Of a stretch of DNA of 64,000 bases, positions 12,768 to 24,280 are shown piece after piece. The DNA lies in the NCBI GenBank assembly GCA_030390025.1, contig CM059432.1, positions 125,118,001-125,182,000 on the forward strand. The letters are read 5' to 3'. The position numbers and the translations under genes are program-made. Position 1 is the stretch's first letter; the number at the start of each line of letters is the position of its first letter. The stretch comes from Squalus acanthias. Lineage: Eukaryota. The notes below the pieces were generated by a model. That model saw only the letters and a list, made by a program, of their open reading frames with translations, ran no database searches and was not told the DNA's origin.

Positions 12768-13700
12768 CCTAGGAGGGAGTCAAGCCTGGGACGGCGGCAG
12801 GAGAGTAGAAAGGATTGGGGTAGGGATTTGGGAGGGTAGAGTATCCGAGAGAGGAGAGATGAAAGGAGGCATGACAACAGGTGAGAGCGGTCAGGGAGAG
12901 ATAGAGAGAAAAGGAAAAGCGGGAGGAAAAGTATTGAATGGCTCGGGTCCGGAGCGGCAGCCAAAGTGCACACGTGAATGGACACGGGAAAAGCTCAGGT
13001 TACAAAGGCCTGTTTAAATGTAGTAATTAATGGAATACATATTTCCTGGTAGCAGGGAATAGGTTGGAGACAATAGTAGGAAGACCAGGGTCAAAGTCAG
13101 AGGTCCCATGGAGGGACAAAGCTGACATAAGCAGGATGGGGCTGGCACGGAGCATCGATGAACCGCTGTCCAAAAAGGTGAGTGAAGTCCAGAAGCTATT
13201 TGAAGGGTAGAGAGTTCGAGGATGGAGATTGTTGCCGTAGGAATAAGAGTCGGTAGCGGTGCAGAAAGATGATGGCGAAATTGACGCAAGTTGGAGGTCA
13301 CCGTAAATCAAAGCGGCAGAGAAAAAGTAAAACCACAAGCCAGCGACCAGCAAAGCTGAAAACCGGTAGAACGAGTCACCGGACAGCAAGTGGAGCCGCA
13401 GCTGCTACGTAGAAGCCAGCAGAGCTGAAAAACTAGTAGAACCAGTTCAGCAGAGACGCAGCCGCAGTTTAAAGGTAAACATCTTTTAGCAGCAGAGATA
13501 GAGACACAGCAGGTAAGTCTTACAATGTAATCCAGTGTAGTCCAGTGCAGAAACGTAGTGTAATGCAGTGTAGTTCAAAGCAGAAACGTCATCTAGATGT
13601 CCAGGAGATCGGAAACCAATTTGACAAAAGAATTCCGCAGCATAAGACTTGAAGTGACTGAAAAGTAGAGCAGCGCTCTAGTCAACGAAGCCCTGTTTAC
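12768..13700 (-). mobile_element. Probable 5' portion of the L2 element interrupted by the CR1
   Basis: Sequence composition continues across the CR1 from the segment upstream of the APE domain; boundaries are approximate. Confidence 0.45.
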
Positions 13701-14790
13701 GAGGAATCCAGTGATGGAGGTCAAGTTTCAGCAGAGTTCCGGCAGTTGAAAGAGCTCAATGAGAACAAAGACATGCTGTGGGATGGGCAGTGGACTCTGC
13801 AGGGGTAGCTTTAAACTTGTAGTTTGAACTTGTAGTTTGAGCTGAAATGCCTTGACTATCAGAGGCAGGGTATCTTAAGCAATGGAAGAAAGGAGATTGG
13901 GGGAAGAAAGGGCAAAAGATGGCAATGGATGACCGTTGAAGTAAAGAGCAGCTCAGAAAAGAGCTGCCAGCCCAGGAGCCATCTTGAACCAGGAGGAGTT
14001 ATGATGATTGGAGACTATCTGGGCTCTGTGGGGATGAAGAAAGATGGAAGTAAGGTATTTATTAAACGAATCGATGGAGACACTCATATCAGTATGGGTG
14101 GTAGGACAGAGGAAAGGTAATTAGAGAAGGTTCTGGTGAGAGATTTAGGGGTAGTCTTTCTCAGATGCACAAGAAGAGGATGATGGGAATAGAGGCGAGA
14201 AGGGGGATCTGTATGGAGAAAGATGAAGAAATGATCAAACATACTCCTTGTCAAGCAGCTAAATGGAACATCACTTGACAATGAGATATTCTATCTTGGA
14301 GAAGAAAGACACATGGCATGGTTCAGCTTCCCTTTCCCGCAGCTCACTTCTTTTCTATTGCATGCGGATCAGAATATCAATGGCAGTTTGAATGAAGAAA
14401 GGGGAAAAAATGAATGGTACAACAAAGTTAAAACACAACATTTGAAATAAAAATTTGGTGTGGTTTGAAAAGCTTTTGAAGAAGAATTATTTTGAAATTT
14501 TAAAGATATGCACACACATACATTTCATAGTTGTTGCAACAGTCAGTTAAGAATCTCAGTATCCATTTATGTTAAAACAAATTGGTGACTAAATATCTAA
14601 TTTTTCCAAATTAACTGTAATCTAGCTGGGAGCTTGGTATAGCAGATGGCGTTTAAATTCACCAGTTCTGGAACACCGTAGAGATCCAGGGTTGTTTATG
14701 ATGTGCTGTAACAAAATAAAGTTGTATGACTGTTTTTAAGTAACTGTAGTTTCATAATTCACATTTTTTCCTTAACCTGAACCTTCACAG

Positions 14791-14813
14791 TGGTTGTTTT
14801 TGATGCCCGGTGA
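14791..14813 (+). CDS. POLR2K: POLR2K last coding exon (LVVFDAR*)
   Basis: C|TG GTT GTT TTT GAT GCC CGG TGA after CACAG acceptor. 61+93+23 = 177 nt = 58 aa + stop. Confidence 0.96.
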
Positions 14814-15028
14814 AGCTCAAAGTTGCTTTTAAACTTGCACTTCAGAAGAGTTTGCTGCATCACAAGTTTTTGCTATCAAGTCTTGTTTCCTTCAAAATCC
14901 TACATGTAGATTTTGCCAGCTAGAAAGGCTGCTTGATTTTCCCTGTTAACATTAAACATTTAAAATATTGCTTGTATGTTTCACATCCCTGCAGTATGTG
15001 CCAGACCAGTTTTGTTTTATTTGATGAA

Positions 15029-15034
15029 AATAAA
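15029..15034 (+). terminator. Probable POLR2K polyadenylation signal AATAAA
   Basis: AATAAA ~215 nt after the stop codon with T-rich sequence downstream; alternative ATTAAA at 14951-14956. Confidence 0.55.
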
Positions 15035-16150
15035 TATTTTATGTAATTGATATTTTTCCATTTCATTGGTGCAGCAATTTATTGCGTTTCCATTCAATTT
15101 GAGTGTTTGCAATATAAAAATATTATTGCATTCCTCTCATTGCATTAACGATCAAATCTTGATTGTAAAATCTTGCTGCTTCGCTTGTTAAAATCAAATT
15201 TGTTCAATGATTGACCTCACTGCTTCACTCGTCAGGATGCTCCCGCTGATTCTGCCGCTTCTGTCAGACTCATCGCATCACAGTTTAATAATGCACTGAA
15301 GGAAATAATAACTATTTTACATCAACATAATAGTATCAGTGCATGACAAGTGTGGCACCATCCAAAAACCAGATAATTGTTCAAGAGAGGGTGAACCAAG
15401 ATTGATTGTTTTGATCTCTGATTCCAAGGTAGAAGTTGGATAAATTGATGGACTAAAGAAAGGACATTGCAGATGATCAGGTTCTCCTTAAACGATATTT
15501 TCATTTTCTTTTAATCTCCTGGTATGATTCAAGAACTGTGTTCCAAATTTGCTGTTGCTTCAGTTTACATGTAAATTACTCTCCCAAAACTGTTAGCAGA
15601 GATTTTAAGACATTCAACAGGATCATTTAAATTGATGAGTGTACTTAGTAGGAGTATTAGCAGGATACTATGTGGAGTGTGGGGTTTTAAATATTAGTCA
15701 AAATATTTCTTGATAACGTTGAACATTCAGTTTGAAGTTTTTAAGTTTATATTTAGCTTGTTCTGTGTGTACAACTTGAAATTCCTACTTGCAGCAATAA
15801 ATACCTTTTTACATAAAGGATTTTTTGTAGTGACTAAGTTGTGTCTAACTTTTGTTCCTATGATGTGATGAGATAAACCAGACATAGTGATCGAGAGCTC
15901 TCATGATGTTGCTCAAGTATGTAATTAGCTTTCAAATCACTAGGGAAAAGAGTTCGATTTCTCTGCAGGTAATGTCAAGCACATGGAACATTTTCAATCT
16001 GCATCTAATGTATTTACTCCTGAATTGGATAATATTGGTGGCTTAGCCTTTTAATTGGATTTTTTTCATCCTGTGTTGCAGCTTTTGTCATGCTTATGGC
16101 CTACATTGCAGATAAATCATCTTATCAAATTTCAATAATCTAAAAATAAT

Positions 16151-16377
16151 GATGCGGAGATGCCGGTGTTGGACTGGGGTGGACAAAAGTGAGAAGTCGC
16201 ACAACACCAGGTTATAGTCCAACAGCTTTATTTGAAATCACAAGCTTTCGGAGCGCTGCTCCTTCATCAGGTGAAGTGTATATGTATTTCTTCACTTCAC
16301 CTGACGGAGCAGCGCTCGAAAGCTTGTGATTTCAAATAAAGCTGTTGGACTATAACCTGGTGTTGTGCGACTTCTCA
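16151..16377. mobile_element. Miniature fold-back PLE (pLTR hairpin + tail)
   Basis: Same family as 3266-4927; arms 16188-16278 and 16293-16379; tail 16151-16187; direct repeat CTAAAAATAAT at 16140-16150 and 16378-16388. Confidence 0.9.
16239..16273 (-). ncRNA. Minimal hammerhead ribozyme motif
   Basis: Minus strand CAC-CTGATGA-A-GGAGC-AGC-GCTCC-GAAA-GC-TT-GTG; the plus-arm copy has core deletions. Confidence 0.75.
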
Positions 16378-17029
16378 CTAAAAATAATAGATTGAGAAAG
16401 GTTGCATTTAAGACTCTGGCAGTGTAAATTTGGAACTCCTGATAAATGGATTGTGCAGTGTAAAATTGGTTATTTGTTTTACAGTAGTTGAATACACTGT
16501 TCGGAGAGGTATTGTTTCACTAACTGAAATGACAACCACAAAGCAGGGTAATGGTTAAATAAACCTGTTGAATAAACATCATTCAACAGTTTTAATAAAC
16601 TTCAGAAAGATTGGAGCAGCGCACATCAGGGCATGTGTAAATAATATATTATCCAATTCAGATCACAAGGGGGTCCTAATGTGACACCTGGAATATGCTA
16701 TCATATAATATTGGTCAGTAGGGATACACTTCTGAAAGTAATAAAAATATTGCATTACATATATAATTTCTTTATGTTTCAACGTTTACTGATAGTTGCC
16801 AATGTTATGCTGAAGCTTCTGTTGCTAGACTGGCAGCTTGTATTCAATTATCTCGATTATACCTATAATAAGTGTTCTGGCTTGTATATCCCTTTTACAT
16901 TGTTATTATGTATGGTTTAAAATCTAAGTTTTTAATGTAGAATATACTCCACCCTATGTGTTTTTCCTATAACAGGAATCTTCACAAACATAGTTCCAGT
17001 GTTAATAGTTGCTATGAAGTTTACTGTGC

Positions 17030-18340
17030 TGCAACAACAACTTGCATTTATATAGTGCTTTTAACACAGAAGAATGTACTAAGGTTCTTCACAGAGGTGC
17101 AATCAAAAAAATGGACACCAAGGCAAAGAAGATGTTAGAAGGGGTGACCAAAAGCTTAGTCAAATAGGTAGGTTTTGAGGATGGTCTTAAAGGAGAACAG
17201 GGAGTTGGATGGGTTTAGTGAGGGAATTCCAGAGCGCGGGGCCTCAACATCGTAAGGCACGGCCGCCAATGGTGGGTTAGGGAGAGGATGCACAAGAGGC
17301 TAGAGTCAGGGGAACGGAGAGTTCAGGGGAGGCGGATTGGAGGAGGTTAGAGATGGAGAGGGGCGAGGCCATGAGGAGATTTAAACATGAGGATGAGAAT
17401 TTTAAATTTGAGATGTTGGACTGGGAGCCAATGCAGGTCAGCGAGGACAGGGGTGAGGGTAAGTGGGACTTGTGAGACAGGATATGAGCAGCAACATTTT
17501 GGATGAGCTAAAGTTTACGGAGGTTGGGAGACCAGCCAGGAGAGCATTGGAATAGTCAAGTCTGGAGATGACAACGGCATGGGGAGAGTTTCAGCAGCAG
17601 ATGGGCTGAGGTAGGAGCAGAGGTTGGCAGTGTTATGGAAGTGGAACTAGGTGGTCATTTTGAACAAGAGTAGATGAGATTGTAAGTTTGCTCGGTGTTG
17701 AATAGGATGGCATGGTTGCAAAGAGCCTGGTGAAATCTCACACAGTGGACAGGGATGGAATTGGTGGCAAGAGTACAATGTTTGGGGCAGGGGCTGAAGA
17801 CGATAGTTTCAGTCTTCCAATGTTTAGCTGGGAGAAATTGCAGCTCATCAAAGACTGGATGTTGGACAAGCAGTCTTACAACCCAGAGGCAGTGGAGAGG
17901 TTAAGAGAGTAACTGAGCGTCGTTTGCATACATTTGGAAGTTGTCTTTGGCTGATGTCACCAAGAGATGTTGTGTAGATGAGGAAGGGGGGACCAAGCCT
18001 GCATCCTTGTGGTACTCTGGAGATAATGGTGGAAAGAGAGACCAATGCTGGAGATGCTCTGGCTATGCTCGGATAGGTAAGAGGGGAACCAAACGAGGGC
18101 AGTCCCACTGAGCTGGACAATAGTGGAGTCATTGGAGGATGGTGTAGTCACTGTTCAAAGGCTGCAGAGAAGCTTAAGAGGGCTAATGGCCACAGTCACG
18201 AAGGATATCATTTGTGACTGCTTAGGGCCACTTTAGTGCTGCGACAGTGGTGGAAATCTGAATGGAGAGATTCAAACATGGAGTTGTGGGGAAGATGGGT
18301 ATAGATTTGGGATGCGACAACATTCAAGGACTTTAGAGGT
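17030..18340 (-). mobile_element. Older L2 LINE 3' fragment
   Basis: Diverged but collinear with 7961-9360 (AACAACAACTTGCATTTATATAG tail; ORF 17848-18132 contains VPQG). Confidence 0.8.
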
Positions 18341-18354
18341 TGTCTCTTCAACAT

Positions 18355-18600
18355 TTAACCACTCCTGCCTTCCACCCTAGCACAGACCGTTCCTTTTATT
18401 CTTTCTTCCCCTCCCCCTTTCCCTGCCTCTGCACCTACTTAAAACCTGTTACATCTTTAACTTTTTCCAGTTCTGACGAAGGGCGACAGACCTGAAACGT
18501 TAACTCTGTTTCTCTCTCCACGGATGCTGCCTGGCCTGCTGAGTGTTTCCAGCATTTTCTGTTATTTCAGATTTCCAGCATCCGCAGTATTTTGCTATTG
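18355..18600 (+). mobile_element. Solo pLTR of a second PLE family with degenerate hammerhead (18469-18505)
   Basis: Similar to 19810-20008; AGTT-CTGACGA-AGGGCGACAGACCT-GAAA-CG-TT-AACT. Confidence 0.75.
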
Positions 18601-18614
18601 TATTAATATTTTAG

Positions 18615-18875
18615 TGATGTTGTTTGGGGAATACATATTGGCCAGGACACCCCTGATTTTCTTTGACATAGTACCATGGATCTTTTATGTCCACCTGAGA
18701 TGGTAGATGGGGCCTCAGTGTAGCATCTCATCTGAAAGACAGCACCTCCGACAGTGCAGCACTCCCTCACTGCTGCACTGGAGTGTCAGCCTAGATTATG
18801 TGCTGAAGCCTCTGGAGTGGGGCTTGATCCCACAACCTTCTAACTCAGGCGAGAGTGCTACCACTGAGCCAAGGT
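18615..18875 (-). mobile_element. Deu-domain SINE 5' half
   Basis: Reverse complement of the head and body of 36840-37322. Confidence 0.75.
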
Positions 18876-18977
18876 TGGTATTTACAGTGACAATAGTGGA
18901 AAGTGCAAGACTCATGCTAATTCTGAAGCAGCCTGAATCTAATTGTTTTGGAGTTCTGGAACCAGGTACTTAAAATA

Positions 18978-20008
18978 TTTCCCGCACTTCTGCTCTCACC
19001 CCTTCCCCTCCCTCCCAGAACCACGATAGGGTTCCCCTTGTCCTCACTTTTCACCCCACCAGCCTCCACATTCAATGGATCATCCTCCGCCATTTCCGCC
19101 ACCTCCAGTGTGATCCCACCACCAAACACATCTTCCCCTCACCTCCCCTTTCAGCATTCCGAAGGGACCGCTCCTCCGTGACACCCTGGTCCACTCCTCT
19201 ATCACCCCCAACACCCCTTCCCCTTCGCCCGGCACCTTCCCGTGCAAGCGCAGGAGATGCAACACATGCCCTTTTACCTCTTCCCTTTCCACTGTCCAGG
19301 GCCCCAAACACTCCTTCCAGGTGAAACAGTGATTTACTTGTACTTCTTGCAATTTAGTATACTGTATTCGCTGCTCACGATGTGGTCTCTTCTACATTGG
19401 GGAGACCAAATGCAGATTGGGTGATCGCTTTGCGGAACACCTCTGTTCAGTCTGTAAGGGTGACCCCGAGCTTTCGGTCGCCTGTCACTTTAATTCTCCG
19501 CTCCACTCCCACTCACCGTCCTCGGCCTCTTACACTGTTCCAATGAAGTTCAACGTAAGCTCGAGGAACAGCAGCTCATCTTTCGATTAGGCACTTTACA
19601 GCCTTCTGGACTCAACATAGAGTTCAACAATTTCAGACCATAACCTCTGCTCCTACCTTTTTTTCCCATTTATTTTTCTCTCTCTCACATAGCAGCTGTC
19701 TTTCATTCTGCCAGTGCCGTTTACACTTCATCTAGAGCATATTTTGTTTCTTAACTTGTCCCATTACCATCTCCTTTTGCCTTGCACCATCATCCCTTTT
19801 GTCTCTTAATCTCTCCTGCCTTCCATCCTATCACAGACCTTCCCTTTTGTTCTTTCCTCCCCTCCACCCTTTCCCTGCCCCTGCACTTGCTTAAAAACCT
19901 GTTCCATCTCCAGTTCTGACGACGGGTCATCGACCTGAAATGTTAACTATGTTTCTCTCTCCACAGATGCTGCCTGACCTGCTGAGTATTTCCAGCATTT
20001 TCTGTTTT
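18978..20008 (+). mobile_element. 5'-truncated PLE (second family): decayed GIY-YIG domain + pLTR
   Basis: Frame ...PCKRRRCNTC...FTCTSCNLVYCIRCSRCGLFYIGETKCRLGDRFAEHL...; direct repeat TACTTAAAATA at 18967-18977 and 20009-20019. Confidence 0.88.
19912..19948 (+). ncRNA. Minimal hammerhead ribozyme motif (second PLE family)
   Basis: AGTT-CTGACGA-C-GGGTC-ATC-GACCT-GAAA-TG-TT-AACT; stem I AGTT/AACT; the ACGT palindrome appears decayed to ATGT. Confidence 0.65.
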
Positions 20009-20034
20009 TACTTAAAATAAACACACTGGTTGTC

Positions 20035-21432
20035 ATTTTTTGAAGAAGTTACAAAGTTGGTGGATGAGGGAAATCCAGTAGACATTATCTAATTAGATTT
20101 CCAAAAAGCTTTTGCTAAGATATCGCACAAGAGGCTTCTCTATAAGATTGAAGCCTCTGGCATTCGTGGTAATATATTGAGCAGGATTCAGAACTGGCTG
20201 GCAGGACATAGACAAAAAGTAGTTACAGATGAATTTGGATCTGTTTGGAGACCGATCACCAGTGGTGTCCCGCAGGACCAGTGTTGGGACCGTTGCTCTT
20301 TACTATTTTTTATTAACGACCTGGATGTAGGTGTTGGGGGCACAATCTGCAAATTTGCAAATGATACCAAGATCTGTGCAAGTGTTGGAACTGTAGATGA
20401 TGCTCGTCTGCTTCAGGCAGATCTCAATGTGTTGGGAGATTGAGCTCAAGACTGGAAAATGATGTATAACTTAGATAAGTGCAGTGTTATGCATGTGGGC
20501 AGGGCAAATGCTCAACATTCATACACCCTTCAGGAAAGGCATTAAAGATGGTGGAGATAGAAAGACATTTGGGCATTCTAGTGCATACATCCTTAAAGGT
20601 ACATGAGCAATGCCGTGAAGCAGTAGCTAGAGCAAATAGGTTGTTGGGGTGTATCCATAGGACATTTGAGTACAAGACAAGGCATACTGTATTGTCCTTG
20701 TGCAAGACCTTAGGCCGCACTTGGAATACTGGGTCCAGTTTTGGTCTCCTCACATGGTGGGTGATATTGAGGCTTTGGAAAGGGTGCAGAGGAGGGCCAC
20801 TAGACTAATTCCCAGTCTAAAGCATCTTAGTTATCAAGATAGGCTAAAAGAGCTGAGACTCTACACCTTTGAGAAGTGTAAACTTTGGGGGGATCTGATT
20901 GAGGTTTATTAGATAATGAAGGGAATAGATTGTGTTCCAGCTATTTTATTTGTTTATTTCAATTAAATAAGTTAGGCAGGACCAAGGGTCACAAATTTAA
21001 GTTGTATAAGGCTGGATCTAGGTTAGATGTCAGGAGGTGGTTCTTTTCCCAGAGAATAGTGGACCTCTGGAACAGGCTACCGTCTCGTGTGGTGGACGTG
21101 AACTCACTGAATTCCTTCAAGCAAGAGCTGGACCTATTTCTGGCTGGGGCAGAGATCACCTCTTACAGAAGGTCGGTACTGCAGGGAATTCAGGGCCAGA
21201 GTGATCTCCTGGACTAGTTTTGATCGCCTAGGTGGGTCGGAGAGGAATTTCCCAGATTTTTTTCCCCAAATTGGCCTGGGTTTTTTATCTGTTTCTTTGC
21301 CTCTCCCAGGAGATCACATGATTTCGGATGGGGTGGAGAGTATATGTTGTGATACACAAGGTAGCGCAATTGTGTGGGACAGGCTTGATGGACCAGATGG
21401 TCTTTACCTCTCTGTCATTGTTTGTATGTATT
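20035..21432 (+). mobile_element. CR1-clade LINE RT fragment with 3' UTR
   Basis: ORFs 20177-21217 (SGVPQ, KFANDTKI, RPHLEYWVQFWSPH, FFSQRIVDLWNRLP). Confidence 0.88.
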
Positions 21433-21769
21433 ATAGAACAAAGAAATGAAATGGGGCAGGAAAATCAACGAGGTAAAATCCACATTTTGAGTCTGAATAG
21501 GAAGATTGGATGAACCTCATAAAGGACTCCTATTTCCTTCAAGAATAAATCTTGTTAACTAATTGCACCAAATTAACATTACATTTTATAGAAAGAAACA
21601 CAAAAGTGTCTTTTTTTCAGTTTTCCAGTATCTGTGCTGTTTCATTTTATATTCCATCTTAAGGGTTCGCAAAGTATGAATCATAGAATGATACAGCATA
21701 GAAGGAGGCCATTTGGCCCATCGTGCCTGATCTGGCTCTTTGGGAAGAGCTTCACAATTAGACCCAACT

Positions 21770-22180
21770 CAACAACAATAACAACAACTTGTATTTATAT
21801 AGCGCCTTTAACGTAGTAAAATGTGCCAAAGTGCTTCACAAGAGTATTATAAGACAAAAACATTTGACATCGAGCCATATAAGGAGAAATTAGGGCAGGT
21901 GACCAAAAGTTTGGTCAAAGAGGTAGGTTTTAAGGAGTGTCTTAAAGGAGGACAGAGAGGTAGAGAGGCGGCAAGGTTTAGAGGGGAATTTCAGAGCTTA
22001 GGGCCTAGGCAGCTGAAGGCACGGCCACCATGATTGATCGAATATAATAAGGGATGCTCATGAGGGCAGAATTAGAGGAGCGCAGATATCTCAGGGGTTT
22101 GTGCGGCTGGAGGAGATTACAGAGATAGGGAGGGGCGAGGCCGTGGAGGGATTTGAAAACAAGGATGAGAATTTTGAATC
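21770..22180 (-). mobile_element. L2 LINE 3' end
   Basis: Matches 7961-8355 (FKILILVFKSLHGLAPPYLCNLL). Confidence 0.85.
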
Positions 22181-22307
22181 TTTCCTGATAGCCGCAGCAA
22201 GAATCTAGCGCCTTCAAGCACAGGAGAAATCCCGTGGTCAAAATATGGTGAGTGGACGGGATATTTGGAACAGGAGGCAGCGCGCGTGTTTGCGAGTTTC
22301 AAACTAG

Positions 22308-22897
22308 GCGAGGGAGGCGCTGCGATTGGGTGAGGCGAGGCGAGGCGAGGGAGTTGCTGTGATTGGGCGGGCCGGCAAGGCAAGGGAGGTGCTGCGATTG
22401 GGCGGGCCGGCGAGGGAGGCGCTGCGATTGGGCGGGCGAGGCGAGGGAGGCGCTGCGATTGGGCAGGCGGGCGGGCGAGGCGAGGGAGGTGCTGCGATTG
22501 GGCAGGCGGGTGAAGCGAGGGAGGTGCTGCGATTGGGCGGGCTGGCGAGGGAGGCGCTGCGATTGGGCGGGCGAGGCGAGGGAGGCGCTGTGATTGGGCG
22601 GGTGAGGGGAGGGAGGCGCTGTGATTGGGCGGGCGGGCGAGGCGAGGGAGGTGCTGCGATTGGGCGGTCGGGTGAAGCGAGGGAGGCGTTGCGATTGGGC
22701 AGGTGGGCGAGGTGATGGAGGCACTGCGATTGGGCGGGCGAGGCGAGGGAGGCGCTGCGATTAGGCAGGCGAGGTGAGGGAGGCGCTGCGATTGGGCGGG
22801 CGAGGGAGCCACTGCGATTGGGCGGGCGAGGCGAGGGAGGCGCTGCGATTGGGTGGGTGGGCGGGCGAGGCGAGGGAGGCGCTGTGATTGGGTGGGC
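22308..22897. repeat. GC/CpG-rich minisatellite, ~18 units of ~26-41 bp (consensus GCGAGGGAGGCGCTGCGATTGGGCGGGCGAG)
   Basis: Counted by eye: 18 GATT(G/A)G cores, 17 of them ATTGG; most are followed by GGGCGG. Confidence 0.95.
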
Positions 22898-23133
22898 CGA
22901 CGGGTTTCCGGCCGCTTGGGTTGCCGGGTGCGAGCACGGTTTGTGTTGTGGAGCCGGTGCGGGAGTTTTGGCTGTGTGAACCCGGCTGGCCAGTCCTCCA
23001 GCGACAAACCCCACAACCGGCCTGCTGCTGCTCTTCGGGTGTCCGACTGAGTGAGAGTGTTTTACATTTTTTACATTTTAAAAAAGCGAATAATTTTATT
23101 CGATCTCCCCTGTGTCAGGCTGTTGCTTTGGCG

Positions 23134-23147
23134 GTTTCCATGGAAAC
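23134..23147. promoter_or_regulatory. RFX X-box, perfect palindrome GTTTCCATGGAAAC
   Basis: Exact fit to GTTNCCATGGNAAC, next to the putative first exon of a ciliary gene. Confidence 0.8.
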
Positions 23148-23768
23148 GCGTGGCGCGCGGAGACAAGCTATTTTCTTTTTAAAACTTTTTTGAGGGGTTG
23201 TTCTTCGCAGGAACTATGTAAAACAAATCGAGAGGTCTCGTTGGTAACTAAACTATCTGAAAGTGTGTAAATCACGTTTTGTCCACCGTCGGTGCATGCA
23301 GAAGAGCGTTATGTTTGTGGTTTTCCCCAAACTAATGTTTACAAAATGGCAGCTAAGACATAAATTCCCCGCACGTAAAACCCACAACTGGCGCACAGTA
23401 ACATGTAAATTACAGCATAGAAAGAGTCCTTTCAGCCCAGTGCACCTGTATTAGTGCCAGGTCGTCCACTGGAGTTACATCCTCCAATTCCTCATCCCTG
23501 CAACCTTTCATTTTGGATAGTGAAATTTGTATACAACCCACAATCCGATTTGCACTTTTATGACCCTTACCTGCACTCTTTAATGATATGTGTATTTGCA
23601 CCCCTAGATCTCGCTGTTGTTCTGCTCTGTTAATCTTACTGTTTAAGGTATGTTTTCTTTCGCTGTTCTTTATTGTTTAATATGCATAACTTAACATTAC
23701 TGTAAACTGAACTGCAACTGCCGCCTATCTGCCCACTCTGTTTAGCTGCGTGTGTCATCCTACTGTCA

Positions 23769-24280
23769 CAACAACAACTTGCATTTTAATAGCGCCTTTG
23801 ACACAGTAAAACGTCCCAAGGCGCTTCACAGTAGCGTTAGCAAACAAAATTTGACAGCGAGCCACATAAGGAGATATTAGGGCAGATGACCAAAAGCTTG
23901 GTCAAAGAGGTAGGTTTCAAGGAGTGCCTTAAAGGAAGAGAGAGGGATGGAGAGGTTTAGGGAGGGAATTGCAGAGCTTAGGGCCTCGGCAGCTGAAGGC
24001 ATAGCCACAATGGTTGAGCGATTAAAATCAAGGATGTGCAAGACGCCAGAATTGGGGGAGCGCAGAGATCTCGGAGGGTTATAGGGATGGAGGAGATTAC
24101 AGGGATGGGGAGGGGTGAGGACATGGAGGGATTTGAAAACAAGGATGAGAATTTTAAAATTGAGGTGTTGCTCAACCAGGAGCCAATGTAGGTCAGCGAG
24201 CACAAGGGTGATGGGTGAACGGGACTTGGTGCAAGCTAGGATACAGGTAGCAGAGTTTTGGATGAGCTCAAGTTTATGGA
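23769..24280 (-). mobile_element. L2 LINE 3' end
   Basis: ORF 23877-24203 (LADLHWLL...FKALLETYLFDQAF); (TTG)n tail. Confidence 0.85.

Larger units (their letters stand above)
5574..14790 (+). other. POLR2K: U12-type (minor spliceosome) GT-AG intron of POLR2K
   Basis: 5' splice site GTATCCTT (5574-5581); branch site TTTCCTTAAC (14767-14776) just upstream of the AG at 14789-14790; no long polypyrimidine tract. Confidence 0.93.
22270..23165 (+). promoter_or_regulatory. SPAG1: CpG island, probable SPAG1 promoter and non-coding first exon (possible donor GA|GTGAGA at 23051)
   Basis: The main CpG-dense non-transposon segment between POLR2K and the SPAG1 ATG exon, which starts with an acceptor 2 nt before ATG and so needs an upstream exon; contains CCAAT/GC boxes, an ETS-like TTCCGG and an X-box. 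Confidence 0.7.

Noticed and set aside
16298..16328. Hammerhead on the plus arm of the 16-kb hairpin
   Set aside because: Core reads CTGACGGAGC, lacking the conserved GA-A junction; likely inactive
16151..16377. DNA-transposon MITE or pre-miRNA hairpin
   Set aside because: The arms are the pLTR of the GIY-YIG element at 3266-4927; asymmetric tail and 11-13 bp TSDs fit a PLE
22308..22897. Possible CRISPR-like array
   Set aside because: Units are contiguous degenerate tandem repeats without unique spacers; vertebrate context; no cas genes
22117..23016. Long Pro/Ala/Arg-rich ORFs (up to 299 aa) on both strands
   Set aside because: By-product of a GC-rich minisatellite with few stop codons; open in several frames with no domain
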